Part shown: positions 1 through 10,177 of the stretch, in pieces
Layout: each line of letters starts with the position of its first letter
Position numbering within the stretch: position 1 is the first letter of the stretch
Made by a program: the position numbers and the translations under genes
From: Takakia lepidozioides
Lineage: Eukaryota; Plantae; Bryophyta
Assembly: GCA_030704615.1 (NCBI GenBank)
Contig: CM060732.1
Location: 67,642,001 to 67,706,000, forward strand
DNA: 64,000 nucleotides
Reading direction: 5' to 3'
Notes under the pieces: model-generated
Seen by the model: the letters and a program-made list of their open reading frames with translations, nothing else
The model's database searches: none
Told to the model about the DNA's origin: nothing

Positions 1-419
1 CGATTTACAGGCCGGTAATCACCGCACATACGTCTCTCCGTCCAATTGCCATAGACATCCTTCTTAGCTGGCATCACTGTGGCTGAAGCATACTCTCCAC
101 CAGAGAGCTCCACCAAACCTGCCTCCCAGAGATCTTGAGTCCTCATCTGAATCAAAGACCTCTCCATGTCACTGTATCTATAGGGTCTCCGAAAGATTGG
201 CGTGTCAGTGGCCAACTCAATACGGATCTCTTGACCCTTCAGTGCTCCCAAGTCCTTCAAACTGAAGGCAAAGCAATTCCTGTAAGCCCTCAGGAACCGC
301 CGTATACGTCGTCTCTCTCCTCCGGTGACAATGGGTCCAATGTCAGGCTCCCAATTGTCCTCCGTAACTGCAACCTTAAGTCCAGTGGGCTTAGAGGTAG
401 AGGACGCGTCCCGTGGTTG
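1..419 (-). CDS. Reverse transcriptase N-terminal part (gypsy-type), in frame with the DNMT ORF after one TAG
   Basis: Manual translation past TAG(422-420): QPRDAS...FLRAYRNCFAFSLKDLG...PIFRRPYRYSDMERSLI...GLVELSGGEYASATVMPAKKDVYGNWTERRMCGDYRPVNR. This matches the gypsy RT KKDG..RMCxDYRxLN motif. Confidence 0.85.
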
Positions 420-2069
420 CTATGCTGCAACCTCTTGAGCAGTACTCCCTTCCTGCTCAGTCAATGACAAGGCCTCATCCTGCCCCATCATCTCATCATT
501 GAGAACCTCCTCATCCCGAGAAGAATCCCCAACCTCATCCATCACAGCTGCCTTCGCTGCCAACTCCCTCTGAACCTCGAGCACCTCCCACGTGTGCCAT
601 GGATGTCTACACCCCGTGGTCCTCACCGGCTCGCCCCCACTCGCTGCCTGTACCGTCTCGGTAGGCAGAGAGACCGTCAAGGGAAGTGCACTCCGCACTC
701 TACGTTGCTCAGCCATAGCCAAGCTGACAATCCAGGTCAAGCAATTGAGATCCATTGCTTGCCCCAACACCTGACGACGTGATGCCTCAGAAAGAGAAGG
801 CACCGCCGTGGTCCCAGTGGAAAACCCCATAGCCCGCTCTCGCTCGTCGGCATTAGGCTCCACTAACTGCTGCAACTGAGCATCCCACAGGAGGCCAGGT
901 CCACCATCCCGAAAAGCATGGGATCCTGGGAAGCTGAGCAGTGTAGGTAATGCTGCTCGTGGTTGACCCACCCTGTTGACCACTGCCAAAGGCGAACGGT
1001 CATCGTGTCTCACACGTTGAGACTGCCTTCCTGTGTCCAAAATGCCATCCACGGTGAGGTGTGCTGGCCGCTGCACCCCATCAAATGCACGCTTGAGCAG
1101 TGCGGGTGGCATCAAGTTAGTCCACCATAGTCGTGGACGATGAGCCCGTGACCCCACTGCAGCTGCATCCAGCAATACTGCTGACCCAAGCCACGACCGG
1201 ACTTGATGCACACTGGCCATCACCCTGGCCCGAGAATCACCCATCAGTGGTACATTCTCCAAGATGTATGCTGGAGATACAGCTTGATGAAGCTGCAAGC
1301 AGCGCAAAATCCGCACCATCTCCCAAAACAGACCCGTCCTCGAGTCTCGCAATCCATTGCCATGCCCGGCTGATGAATGCCCTTGGCAGGGCCAACCTGC
1401 CACTATCAGATCAATGGAGCCAACCTGCTCCAAATCTTGCGCCCCCAACAAGGAAATGTCTGCTGGCAAGGCTTGTTGGTATCCACGAACTGCAGACACA
1501 GGCAACAAGTCAGGGTACTGCTGTACCAACTGAGCCACATGGCGCAGTGAGACGCGTCGTGCAGTCTCATCCCTCTCCACATACAGGTAACGCCTTACCC
1601 GCACACCTGCCTGTAGCACAGCAGCCAATCCGGTGCTGATCCCGCCAAACAAGTCCAGAAGGCAAATGCCTTCATCCGGCCGCTGCCACACAAGAGGTGT
1701 GGTGTCCAATGGCGACAACTGAGGTGGCCCTGGTGCAATCACCGCACTCTCCTCCTCTCCTGACGGTACAAAAGCTTCTACCCAAGCTTGTTGCACCCGT
1801 CCATCAGCAGCTTGCTGCAAATCCTTGCTCGTACCCCACAACGGAGTGTGAGCAACCATGGCAGGCAACTCCGCCGTACCATGCATGTCATCCTGCTCTG
1901 CTGGAGGTGGCACATCCTCTGCATGGGCATTGCCTTCCAGCAACTCTCCAGGCCAACTAACTGCAGCTGTGAAGGCGGCTAGTGTTGGCATCTTGCCCCG
2001 CTGGGCAGCTGCAATACCCCAATGAATGTCACAGGGAGCTGTGCACGGCGACCATCCCCTGACTGCCAT
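420..2069 (-). CDS. DNMT3-like C5-cytosine DNA methyltransferase domain of the retroelement polyprotein
   Basis: Motifs in canonical order: I LDLFGGIST; II YVERD; IV AGWPCQG (catalytic PC, ~1381-1400); VI ILENV; VIII AHRPRLWWTNL (cf. DNMT3 AHRARYFWGNL); IX ERERAMGF; X RRQVLGQAM. Confidence 0.92.
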   Translation of the reverse strand: MAVRGWSPCTAPCDIHWGIAAAQRGKMPTLAAFTAAVSWPGELLEGNAHAEDVPPPAEQDDMHGTAELPAMVAHTPLWGTSKDLQQAADGRVQQAWVEAFVPSGEEESAVIAPGPPQLSPLDTTPLVWQRPDEGICLLDLFGGISTGLAAVLQAGVRVRRYLYVERDETARRVSLRHVAQLVQQYPDLLPVSAVRGYQQALPADISLLGAQDLEQVGSIDLIVAGWPCQGHSSAGHGNGLRDSRTGLFWEMVRILRCLQLHQAVSPAYILENVPLMGDSRARVMASVHQVRSWLGSAVLLDAAAVGSRAHRPRLWWTNLMPPALLKRAFDGVQRPAHLTVDGILDTGRQSQRVRHDDRSPLAVVNRVGQPRAALPTLLSFPGSHAFRDGGPGLLWDAQLQQLVEPNADERERAMGFSTGTTAVPSLSEASRRQVLGQAMDLNCLTWIVSLAMAEQRRVRSALPLTVSLPTETVQAASGGEPVRTTGCRHPWHTWEVLEVQRELAAKAAVMDEVGDSSRDEEVLNDEMMGQDEALSLTEQEGSTAQEVAA

Positions 2070-3466
2070 CCAGGCCTGTAGGATGCTGACTCCTCCCAGA
2101 AATCCAGGGTGAAGCCCATGGGGTATAACACTGCCCCACCAACGAGGACATCGTAAGAGACCGCGTCTGTCACAATGGCCTTGGCTCGCATCACTGAGCC
2201 ATCTACAGGATGATCCGGCTGCAGTCTAATAGCCAACTGATGCCGTGTCATGCCGCGAGCCTGCTCTGATCCTCCCAGAGATGTCTGTATCTGGAAAGGA
2301 CAAGGCTCCATATCCGCCTCCATGAGGCCCAAACCTGCAATAGCAGCTCTGCCCAACATCAGTGGCTGAGCTCCTGAGTCCAACAAGACCCGCAGTGGCC
2401 GGTACTTCTTGCCTGCCGGTCCACTCAAAGTGAAAATGCCTCCCTGGTTGTCTAACAAGACAACTCCAGGTGTCACCATGGCGCGCTCAATGGCTGGCCT
2501 AGCTGGCAGCTCCGTCAACCTGGCAGCTGCAGCTTGCCATGGCGCAGCCGTGGCAGTCTTGACCCTCAAATCCGAGGATCCCTCTGCCACTATACCTTCC
2601 ACTAACTCCGCAGAAGATGAAGTGACCTCCCCACTCTCACAGAGAGTTGCTGCTAGTCTGAACACTGCAGCTGGTCTCACCCCCGGCGTCGCAATCATGG
2701 TTGCCGAGAACAGTGGGGCTTGACACACAGAGGTGGCTGCCCCCAATAACACACCGGCTGCACTAGCCTTGGTAGCAGGTGTCAGTGCTGCACGTGTAGC
2801 TCTCCCCAATGGCATAGTAACCTCCGCCTCGGTAACAGTCGGGCGAGAACTAGGTGCCATGGATGGCGTTGACACTGTCTCCGCCAAGGTGAATGACTGA
2901 GGCAGCCTCGCCTGACGGCTTGCCTCCCCACGTTGTGGATCCAACTCCACCTCTGCACCTCGTGGCTCAGGAACTCGTGCTGCTCCTCGAGTCACGGCTG
3001 CAGCAGACTCCACCTGCTCTAGTGGTAGTGCTGCTCCGCACATGAATCCCATGCCTCCCATATCTCCTCCCTCAGGAGCAGGAGGTGGACCATCCCGCCT
3101 GGGAGCCGGTACCGCCTGAGCTATAGCCATGGCAGCGAGCCTCTGCTCTAGCTGCTGAAGCCGATTGGCCATGCCTTGGTCAACACCCTGACCTCCGCGT
3201 CCTTGGCCATGTGGAGCTTGCCCTTGGCCTGCACCTCGTGCCCGACCACCTCGTCCTCTTTGGGCTGGTCCACCTCGCCCCCGGCCACCATTGTTCCCTT
3301 GGAACTGGCCTGGGCGCAACTCAGGATGCAAGTCATAACACTGGGCATCTCCATGCCCATACTTGCCACAATGCCCACACTGCAACTGTGCAGGCTGTGC
3401 TTGTGCCGGCCTTCTGCCATTCTCTGGGCAATCTCTTTGACATGGGGTCCTCCACATGTCCAACAT
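1979..3466 (-). CDS. Nucleocapsid (CCHC knuckle, RGG-rich) plus aspartic protease, frameshifted polyprotein segment
   Basis: CGHCGKYGHGDAQC knuckle, GRGRGG repeats, VLLDSGAQ active site (~2371-2390), YDVLVGG downstream motif. Confidence 0.85.
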   Translation of the reverse strand: MLDMWRTPCQRDCPENGRRPAQAQPAQLQCGHCGKYGHGDAQCYDLHPELRPGQFQGNNGGRGRGGPAQRGRGGRARGAGQGQAPHGQGRGGQGVDQGMANRLQQLEQRLAAMAIAQAVPAPRRDGPPPAPEGGDMGGMGFMCGAALPLEQVESAAAVTRGAARVPEPRGAEVELDPQRGEASRQARLPQSFTLAETVSTPSMAPSSRPTVTEAEVTMPLGRATRAALTPATKASAAGVLLGAATSVCQAPLFSATMIATPGVRPAAVFRLAATLCESGEVTSSSAELVEGIVAEGSSDLRVKTATAAPWQAAAARLTELPARPAIERAMVTPGVVLLDNQGGIFTLSGPAGKKYRPLRVLLDSGAQPLMLGRAAIAGLGLMEADMEPCPFQIQTSLGGSEQARGMTRHQLAIRLQPDHPVDGSVMRAKAIVTDAVSYDVLVGGAVLYPMGFTLDFWEESASYRPGWQSGDGRRAQLPVTFIGVLQLPSGARCQH

Positions 3467-4619
3467 ATCACCCCTGGTTGCTGTTGGCCTGCAAAAGATG
3501 CCACGGGCCTCTGCACCTGAGGTCCCCTGTAAGCTCCATGGAACTTGGGCTGGGCAACCTTGCCCCCCTGACCACGCTGTTGGGCAGTCCCTTGTGCCTG
3601 TGGGCTGACAGCTGTGCCCCGTACAGGCATGTCCTTGCCAAATCCAATTGTAACAACTCGCTCCTCCACCATGTTGAGCTCAATCCGCTCAGCCAGCAGA
3701 AACACATCTGCTAATGTGGGTTGGGCTGCTTGTAACAGGGTTGCATCTCGCACCCTTCTCTTGAGCTCCTTGTCCAGAATTCCATACCAAAACTGGATTG
3801 CCTGAGCTTCAGTAACCCCTTGGGTCACACTTATCAAGCGCCTCATACGAGTGTACGCCTCTCGCAGGCTCTCACTGGGTTTGCGCTGGAAGTCTTGCAA
3901 ACTTCGCAGCTTCTCTGTCCGTACACCTTGGTAGTTCCTCCGCAACTCCTGGAAGAACTCCACCACCGGGTTGAATCTAGGCACATGTGTTGTAGTGTGG
4001 CAGGAGGAGTAGTAGCACCTTTTGAACTGGTACCACCTGCAGAAGTACCAGCACTACCTGCTCCACTACTAGTGCTGGCAGTGGGAGCTATTGGTACTGA
4101 TGCAGCTACTGGTCGCGTCGTGCCTCGAGTAATGGAGACGTAGTCAGGTGACCAATACATCCTCCACTCCTCAATCTCTGCTTCATGTCCTCGCCTGAAC
4201 TCGTGGTAATCGTCCATAGGCGGGCCTTCCAAATGCTGGAACAGTCCCTTCCACGCCATGAATGGGGTGAATAGCTGTGGATTGCGCATCTGCTGCAAAT
4301 CACACCAGCTGTCGAACTCCTGGATAAAGTCATCCAACTCGATTGTGCCCACAGCTCCAGAGTACCTACGAGGCCCCTTGGTAGCTCCATACATCTCCTC
4401 CATGTCGTCCCACAACAATGGCGAATGAAAGTGCACACCTGTTGATGAAGCCTCCGAGTCTGTGTCTGACTCTACAGTAATTGAGGGTGGCGGTGAAGGT
4501 GGTCTGAACCGAATACCTCGTCTTGTGAACCCACTCTCACTGTTACTGCCTGTAGCCGTACTCCCCTCAAAACCCTTGGGTAACTCCGTAATGACACTCA
4601 CAATGTGCACCTCCTCCAC
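3148..4619 (-). CDS. Gag capsid (two frameshifted ORFs, 3843-4619 and 3148-3984)
   Basis: FQRKPSESLREAYTRMRRL capsid-like motif and CWTCGGPH knuckle. Near-identical protein at 32194-33546 (+). Confidence 0.8.
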
Positions 4620-5365
4620 GTGACACTATAAGGCTCTAGTACTAATCTAATAGTGACACGGGTGGGCACCTGTTGCAGTTTAAGGGTCATATCCCAATGG
4701 CTCAGGGCACCTGCACCTGCATCCACCGCAAGAACTCCTATGGTTGGCTGGTCATCAACCCAGCCTCACCATAGAAGAAACACTGGTGGTCTTGCTGGTC
4801 ATCACTCCAGCCTCACCACCGACAGCATACTCTAGGATTGACCGGTGATCAAATCCGGCCTAATCCCTATGAAAGCAAGCGCCCACACAAAACCAACATG
4901 GCGCACAGTCAAGCATGCAGGTGTTGGGGGGGATCCAAACACAAGAAATCAAAACATCAACACCCCCACACCAAAATCCAGCTGCAATGCTGATCCTGCA
5001 GAATATCCCAGCCCAAAACCCCGGACTGACTGGCCTCCACCAAGAGAGGCTTTGGCAACTACAAGTACAAGGTAATGAAAATAGTACAGAGATGGAGGGG
5101 AAGAATAGAAGCCCGACCAAGCAAGATCTAATCCTGATCTATGCTATCAACTGCCAGACTTCTCTCAAAGTGCCTCGCTCTGCATGATGGTAAGGTGTAG
5201 GAGGTATATCTATGTCCAGAAACCTGCCACTAACCTTGTCCCAAGCTACAGTAGCTCGCTCTAACCAACCCTCCTCCTCTTTCTGCCAGGTAGAGACAAA
5301 GCAATACTCCCCTATCTCCCGCTCACTGAACACTAAAGAAAACAAAGGTAGGGTCTGATAGTCTC

Positions 5366-5887
5366 TCAACTCGAAAGCTTTGAGACGGTTGCGGGTGTCC
5401 TCATTGCGAATGATTGCATCCCTTCAAACAGAACAAACTTGTCCTCGCTAATGAACCCCCGCTCGTGGTTGCCTTGTGCAGAGCGTGTCCGGCTGCAACG
5501 CTGTCTGATTGCACAAACTTGTGTAGCTCCTGCTCCTCTACTCCAGTACACCACGGCCTTGTGGCTGAACACCTTGGTCCCCGGGGCTGTCTTTGGCTGT
5601 GTTCCAAGCCTAGCTTTCACCCACTTTGGTATTTCACCTACAGCTGCAGAACTGCTGGCTCCAACAGAGTTCTGACTGTCCAAGGCGATATTGAGGCCCT
5701 CAATGCCAACTACAGCAGTCTGTTGTCTACTGCTAATGCCTGACTCCCAGTATGCAATCAACTCGTCCAACTGTTCTCCACTCAAATCAGTCTGAGTTCC
5801 TTGGGAAACATAAATCCTGTCCCCTTGTGTGCACAGACTAAGAGAAGAGACCTGCCCTTCAATTACGTCCTCATTTCCCCCAGCCAT
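5366..5887 (-). CDS. Unknown 173-aa ORF in the element leader
   Basis: ATG-initiated ORF in the element's sense orientation, upstream of gag. No recognisable domain; not seen in copy 2. Confidence 0.25.
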   Translation of the reverse strand: MAGGNEDVIEGQVSSLSLCTQGDRIYVSQGTQTDLSGEQLDELIAYWESGISSRQQTAVVGIEGLNIALDSQNSVGASSSAAVGEIPKWVKARLGTQPKTAPGTKVFSHKAVVYWSRGAGATQVCAIRQRCSRTRSAQGNHERGFISEDKFVLFEGMQSFAMRTPATVSKLSS

Positions 5888-6377
5888 GCAAGGAGTACAT
5901 CCACCAATTTGTCTCTCATATAGACCAGAACAGGTTCTAGAAACAGGATTGTGGATCTTTCATGGCACACTCACACTCTAAAAATTCCATAGATTTTTAG
6001 CAGAGTCCCAAAAACAAAAACCAGGTCTAGGTAGGTAGATTCCCCTTTCTGCAGCTATCCCCTCAAAAACTGTGTCAAACGGAGTTCATTTGCCAAAGAT
6101 ATGACCAAGGCTCTAAATCCTTTAACTTAGATCAAAAGGGTTTTTTTCTTTTTCTTTTTTTTTTTCTTTTCAAATTTAAAAATTCAAATGAAGGTGAGAA
6201 GCTCTTTGGAAACTTCCCCTATCCTTACATGCTTTTCCACCTGGGTCATGCTTTCTCCCTGCAGGGGTGGAATTTGCATATGCTTATCAGCGTTGGAGAG
6301 GGCGGCAAGAGCGGACGTAGTGATTGCGGGCGTACAGAGCTGAAGGATGGGCTTTAGGGGCTATGGCGGCTGTCTCA

Positions 6378-6551
<174 letters not shown>

Positions 6552-8149
6552 TCAGCATAGACACCAGCAGAGACACGACAATGGCATAGTCGCCAGAAGC
6601 TCTAGCAAACGCACGCTTATCACCCATACGATGCTCAACGTTGCACACTACAGGATCTGGACTGATCAAGGAGTCGTTTCTCCATAATGTGACCCAGTCG
6701 AAACTATGTGGTTTGCTGTTGCAATGATGGAAGCGAGAGAGCTCGGAAGAAGCTTCACGAATTCGGCTTCAGGGACGAAATCGCTGACAACTCGAGCATT
6801 TCTATCTCTCTTGTGTTTGTGACTGCAAACTCTACATCTTGCCAGGATGATCCGAAACGGAGTGATCTTACCACCCGGCTCTGCTCAGCTCTCCGAAAGC
6901 CTGTTAGATAATAGAAGCCAGGAAACCTAGAACCTTCACTCCAAAACTTCTTGACTGAATATCGGTGGAACTAGGTAGAGTGCACGCTGCGTGTGGAAAG
7001 GGGCGGGAAGGTTGGTAATAGTAGCAACTCGGAATAGAAAGGGCAGCACGTCGCGCGCCATAGATTTCTAGACGGGCCACCTTCTCTGCCACTTTCACCG
7101 CACATAATCTCCAGCCTGGCGATTCAATTCGAGATCTTGGCTGCAAGACTTGCCGGTACCGAGCTTAACGCTTCTCAAGTGATGTCACCTGCTGAGTGAG
7201 CTCGGCAACTTCCATGGCCTGAACGTTGCCACTGTGCAAGTTAGCTGGGGAGGTGGCGTGCAAGTCAATGACGAACAACCTGGTGAGGACATTTTCTTGC
7301 CTTTTCCTCCCCCTTCCCTCCTCGCTTCGGCGTCCTTTCAATGTACTAAGCTAGTGAGCCATGGCCAGAACTAACACCTCCTCTCCATTCAGTTTGATCA
7401 CCCTTTGCACCTCTGCTCCCCGCATTTCTCTCCACTACTTTGAAGAGTCCACACCCGCATCTTTATACCGGAAGCTGGCCTTTCAACAAACACACAACCC
7501 AACTAAGGCATCTGAAAGCAAGATCGGGAAGAGCACATCGAAACTCTCCACGTACAAGCCGGGGTCCTCCAGATTCCATGCCCGTACCACCTACTTCCCC
7601 AACAACGAAACCAGACCCTCTTCAAGCTCTACATCATCGTCTTCAAAGTACCACAGGCCTAGCCGTCACCTGCTCCAAAACTTGTAGACAGCTTTTCCCA
7701 AGCACTAGCCTCCTTTCCTAGAAAACTCGGATGCCCACAATCTTCCGCACATTGGCGAATTGGGCCTTCAACATACAGATGTGACTTTTAACTCCCAAAA
7801 TGTATGGGCCTGAGCAGCTCTCCAGCTATCCATTTCACTCCAGGCACTTTGTATTCATCCTAGGGACGTTGTGTCAGTGCAGATATCAGCGTTCACAGCT
7901 TGCCAGTGCTGCTCCATGCTGCATTTTTAAGTCTCTCCTTGTGTACTCCAAAGCCTCTGGTGACTTGGTAGCTTCAGCGACTGTAATAACAGTGGCGGCT
8001 CCGGCATCGTCATCCTCTAGGCGTTTCAGGGCACGCTGAATCTTGTGGTCACATTCAATGATATGCTTCTCAAACTAAGCACTACTTACACATAGGTAAT
8101 CTTGCAAGTGCTAACCCTCAACTCCTACCTTGCACTCACAGGTAAGAGA

Positions 8150-8163
8150 TCATCTTTCTCGAG
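8150..8163 (-). promoter_or_regulatory. Putative self-priming PBS (CTCGAGAAAGATGA), complementary to 8347-8360 inside the terminal repeat
   Basis: Directly follows the ...TATCA repeat end; exact 14-nt reverse complement of 8347-8360. Confidence 0.75.
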
Positions 8164-8512
8164 TGATAGAAAACCAACGAACACACTGTTTACACAAAAC
8201 ACGAAAACCAAACCATCACTCTTAGAAATAGTAGTCGAGCTAGGGGCACCCCAAGCTATGGGGACTCCACCCCACAACAACCTACACTCCCATCATGAGT
8301 ACACTCAGATCTAAACGCATGCAGGAGCTCGGTCGCGCAGGCTCAACTCGAGAAAGATGAGCCGCGCGACTGCCGCTCTCGTGAAGATAAGACGGACCAG
8401 GTGTCAAACTAAACTTGACATCTGATTTAACACTTGACCTAAATCCAAGTGTTAAATACAAATAACTAGTTTTATTCTAGCTGTTTTCACACTATGCTTA
8501 TTTAACTTGACA
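8164..8512 (-). repeat. 5' terminal repeat (segment A) of copy 1
   Basis: Minus strand starts TGTCAAGTTA and ends TCTATCA. Shares its start, the GCTCATCTTTCTCGAGTTGAGC block and its end with 28833-29149. Confidence 0.8.
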
Positions 8513-10177
8513 TCTTCTCTCTTTTCCAAGGACACGGTATGTGCCTGGAAGGACTCTCCACTTCCTTCCACACTCGCCAACCAATGGTTTCTCCAAGTGT
8601 CCAGAATCCAAATTCCCATCCTCGTCATACACCTCTTTGAACAAGCAGAACACCCAATTCAGTGGGAACACTGTAACCAGCTCATCCTCATGAACAACTG
8701 CAACCCACGTCGTCTGCAGTGGCAGTCAGTGGAAGACTACCTGCATTGGAATGAAATCGGGCGAGTCTATCTCGCTCCCTCGACATGTTTTCCTACGCTG
8801 ACCGAAAGTTGCGATTCACAACGGAATCCCTGAACTGATAGCCCGTAATTCTCGAAAGGGGATCCACCACGAACAAATTGAGGTCAACAAGGGTAGCACT
8901 AACCCAAAGGCTGCGGGCGATGCATCAAAAGGATGTAGGAATGACATGCACTGAACTTCGCAGACAACCACACTGAGAGACACCAGCTAGAAAAACTGTT
9001 TTCAAAGACAAGAAGCCACAAGAAGCCGTGCTGTTTTTGGATGAAAAACAAACCCTGAACATGACATGAAACCATCCTTTATGGAAAGACGGCAACAACC
9101 CTGGAGAGCAGTAAACAGGAAGACCCCGAATGTAATGAGGTTGTGCCGTGCCAGAAGAGCACAGCACAAACACTGACACTCCAAGAGTCACCTCGCACGG
9201 ATGTGTGCAACACAAGATCATTTCCGACACAACCCTTTATACCGAATGACCCCATGGCGACGATGACGGCAAAATGCAAAGCACAGGGTAGGCAGTACGA
9301 CACACGTGGATGCATATGTGAAGCAAAATATTTATGGCGAATCTGCAAGAACTGCTCGAAATTGAACTAGCATTAGATTTCTACGGCACTTCGAATTTGA
9401 AACAATGCAAGAAGGCCGCATGTATGGCAGGCGTCGAAGTACATCTGACATATATCATAAGTACATGCAACGGATGTACATATTTTTTAGCACTTTATTT
9501 CTTGAATAATACAAAGACGCCGAAATGGATGAATTCCGTTCGCACACAATAACAACACCCGCATCCAAATACGGTTGACAATGTCCAATTTTGATTTTTG
9601 TTACATGCAATAGCAACCCTTGTTGCAAACGTCAAACTGGAGAGCTCTAGAGGCATCGTGGGGAGCCCTTGTTTCCAGCGGAGGAGGAAGAGAAGGAAGT
9701 CATTATACTTCACGAGCTCTAGAAATAGGAATAGAGCCAGATATAGAATGAGGATGGAAAGAGTGGACGAAGAGGAAAAGGCGGAAGAAGAGGGCAAAGA
9801 GGAAAGTATGGCGATGGAAAAAGGAATCCGGAGAAGAACAGCAGCCTTCCATAGTTCCAAGAACAGATGAGGAGGACACTACATCCGAGGGAGAGGTAGA
9901 CGCCGAAGATGATGTTGATGCTGGCCTCACGAAGAACCTCATAGTGGAAGAGAGGATGGCGGAGATGCTCCAGAAACATGCGATGCGTGGAGAGCAGTCC
10001 GAAGCGCAAAGGGTCCTCGGCGATGGGGAGTCTTCTGGAGTAGCCCAAAAACAAGTACATCTTTGAAACCCACATTGTGCTTCATTGCTGATGTGAACCC
10101 AAGTTGAGATTCTATTTCGATATGAACATAGTCTACACACGGCATCTCTGCCAGATTGCATCAACCGCGAACAAGAA

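Noticed and set aside
420-2069. Host DNMT3/DRM gene or bacterial restriction-modification MTase
   Set aside because: No introns or PWWP/UBA domains and no endonuclease partner. It is in frame with RT and repeated in a second element copy.
8513-9560. Decayed minus-strand gene possibly homologous to the SWIM gene
   Set aside because: Too degenerate to align by eye.
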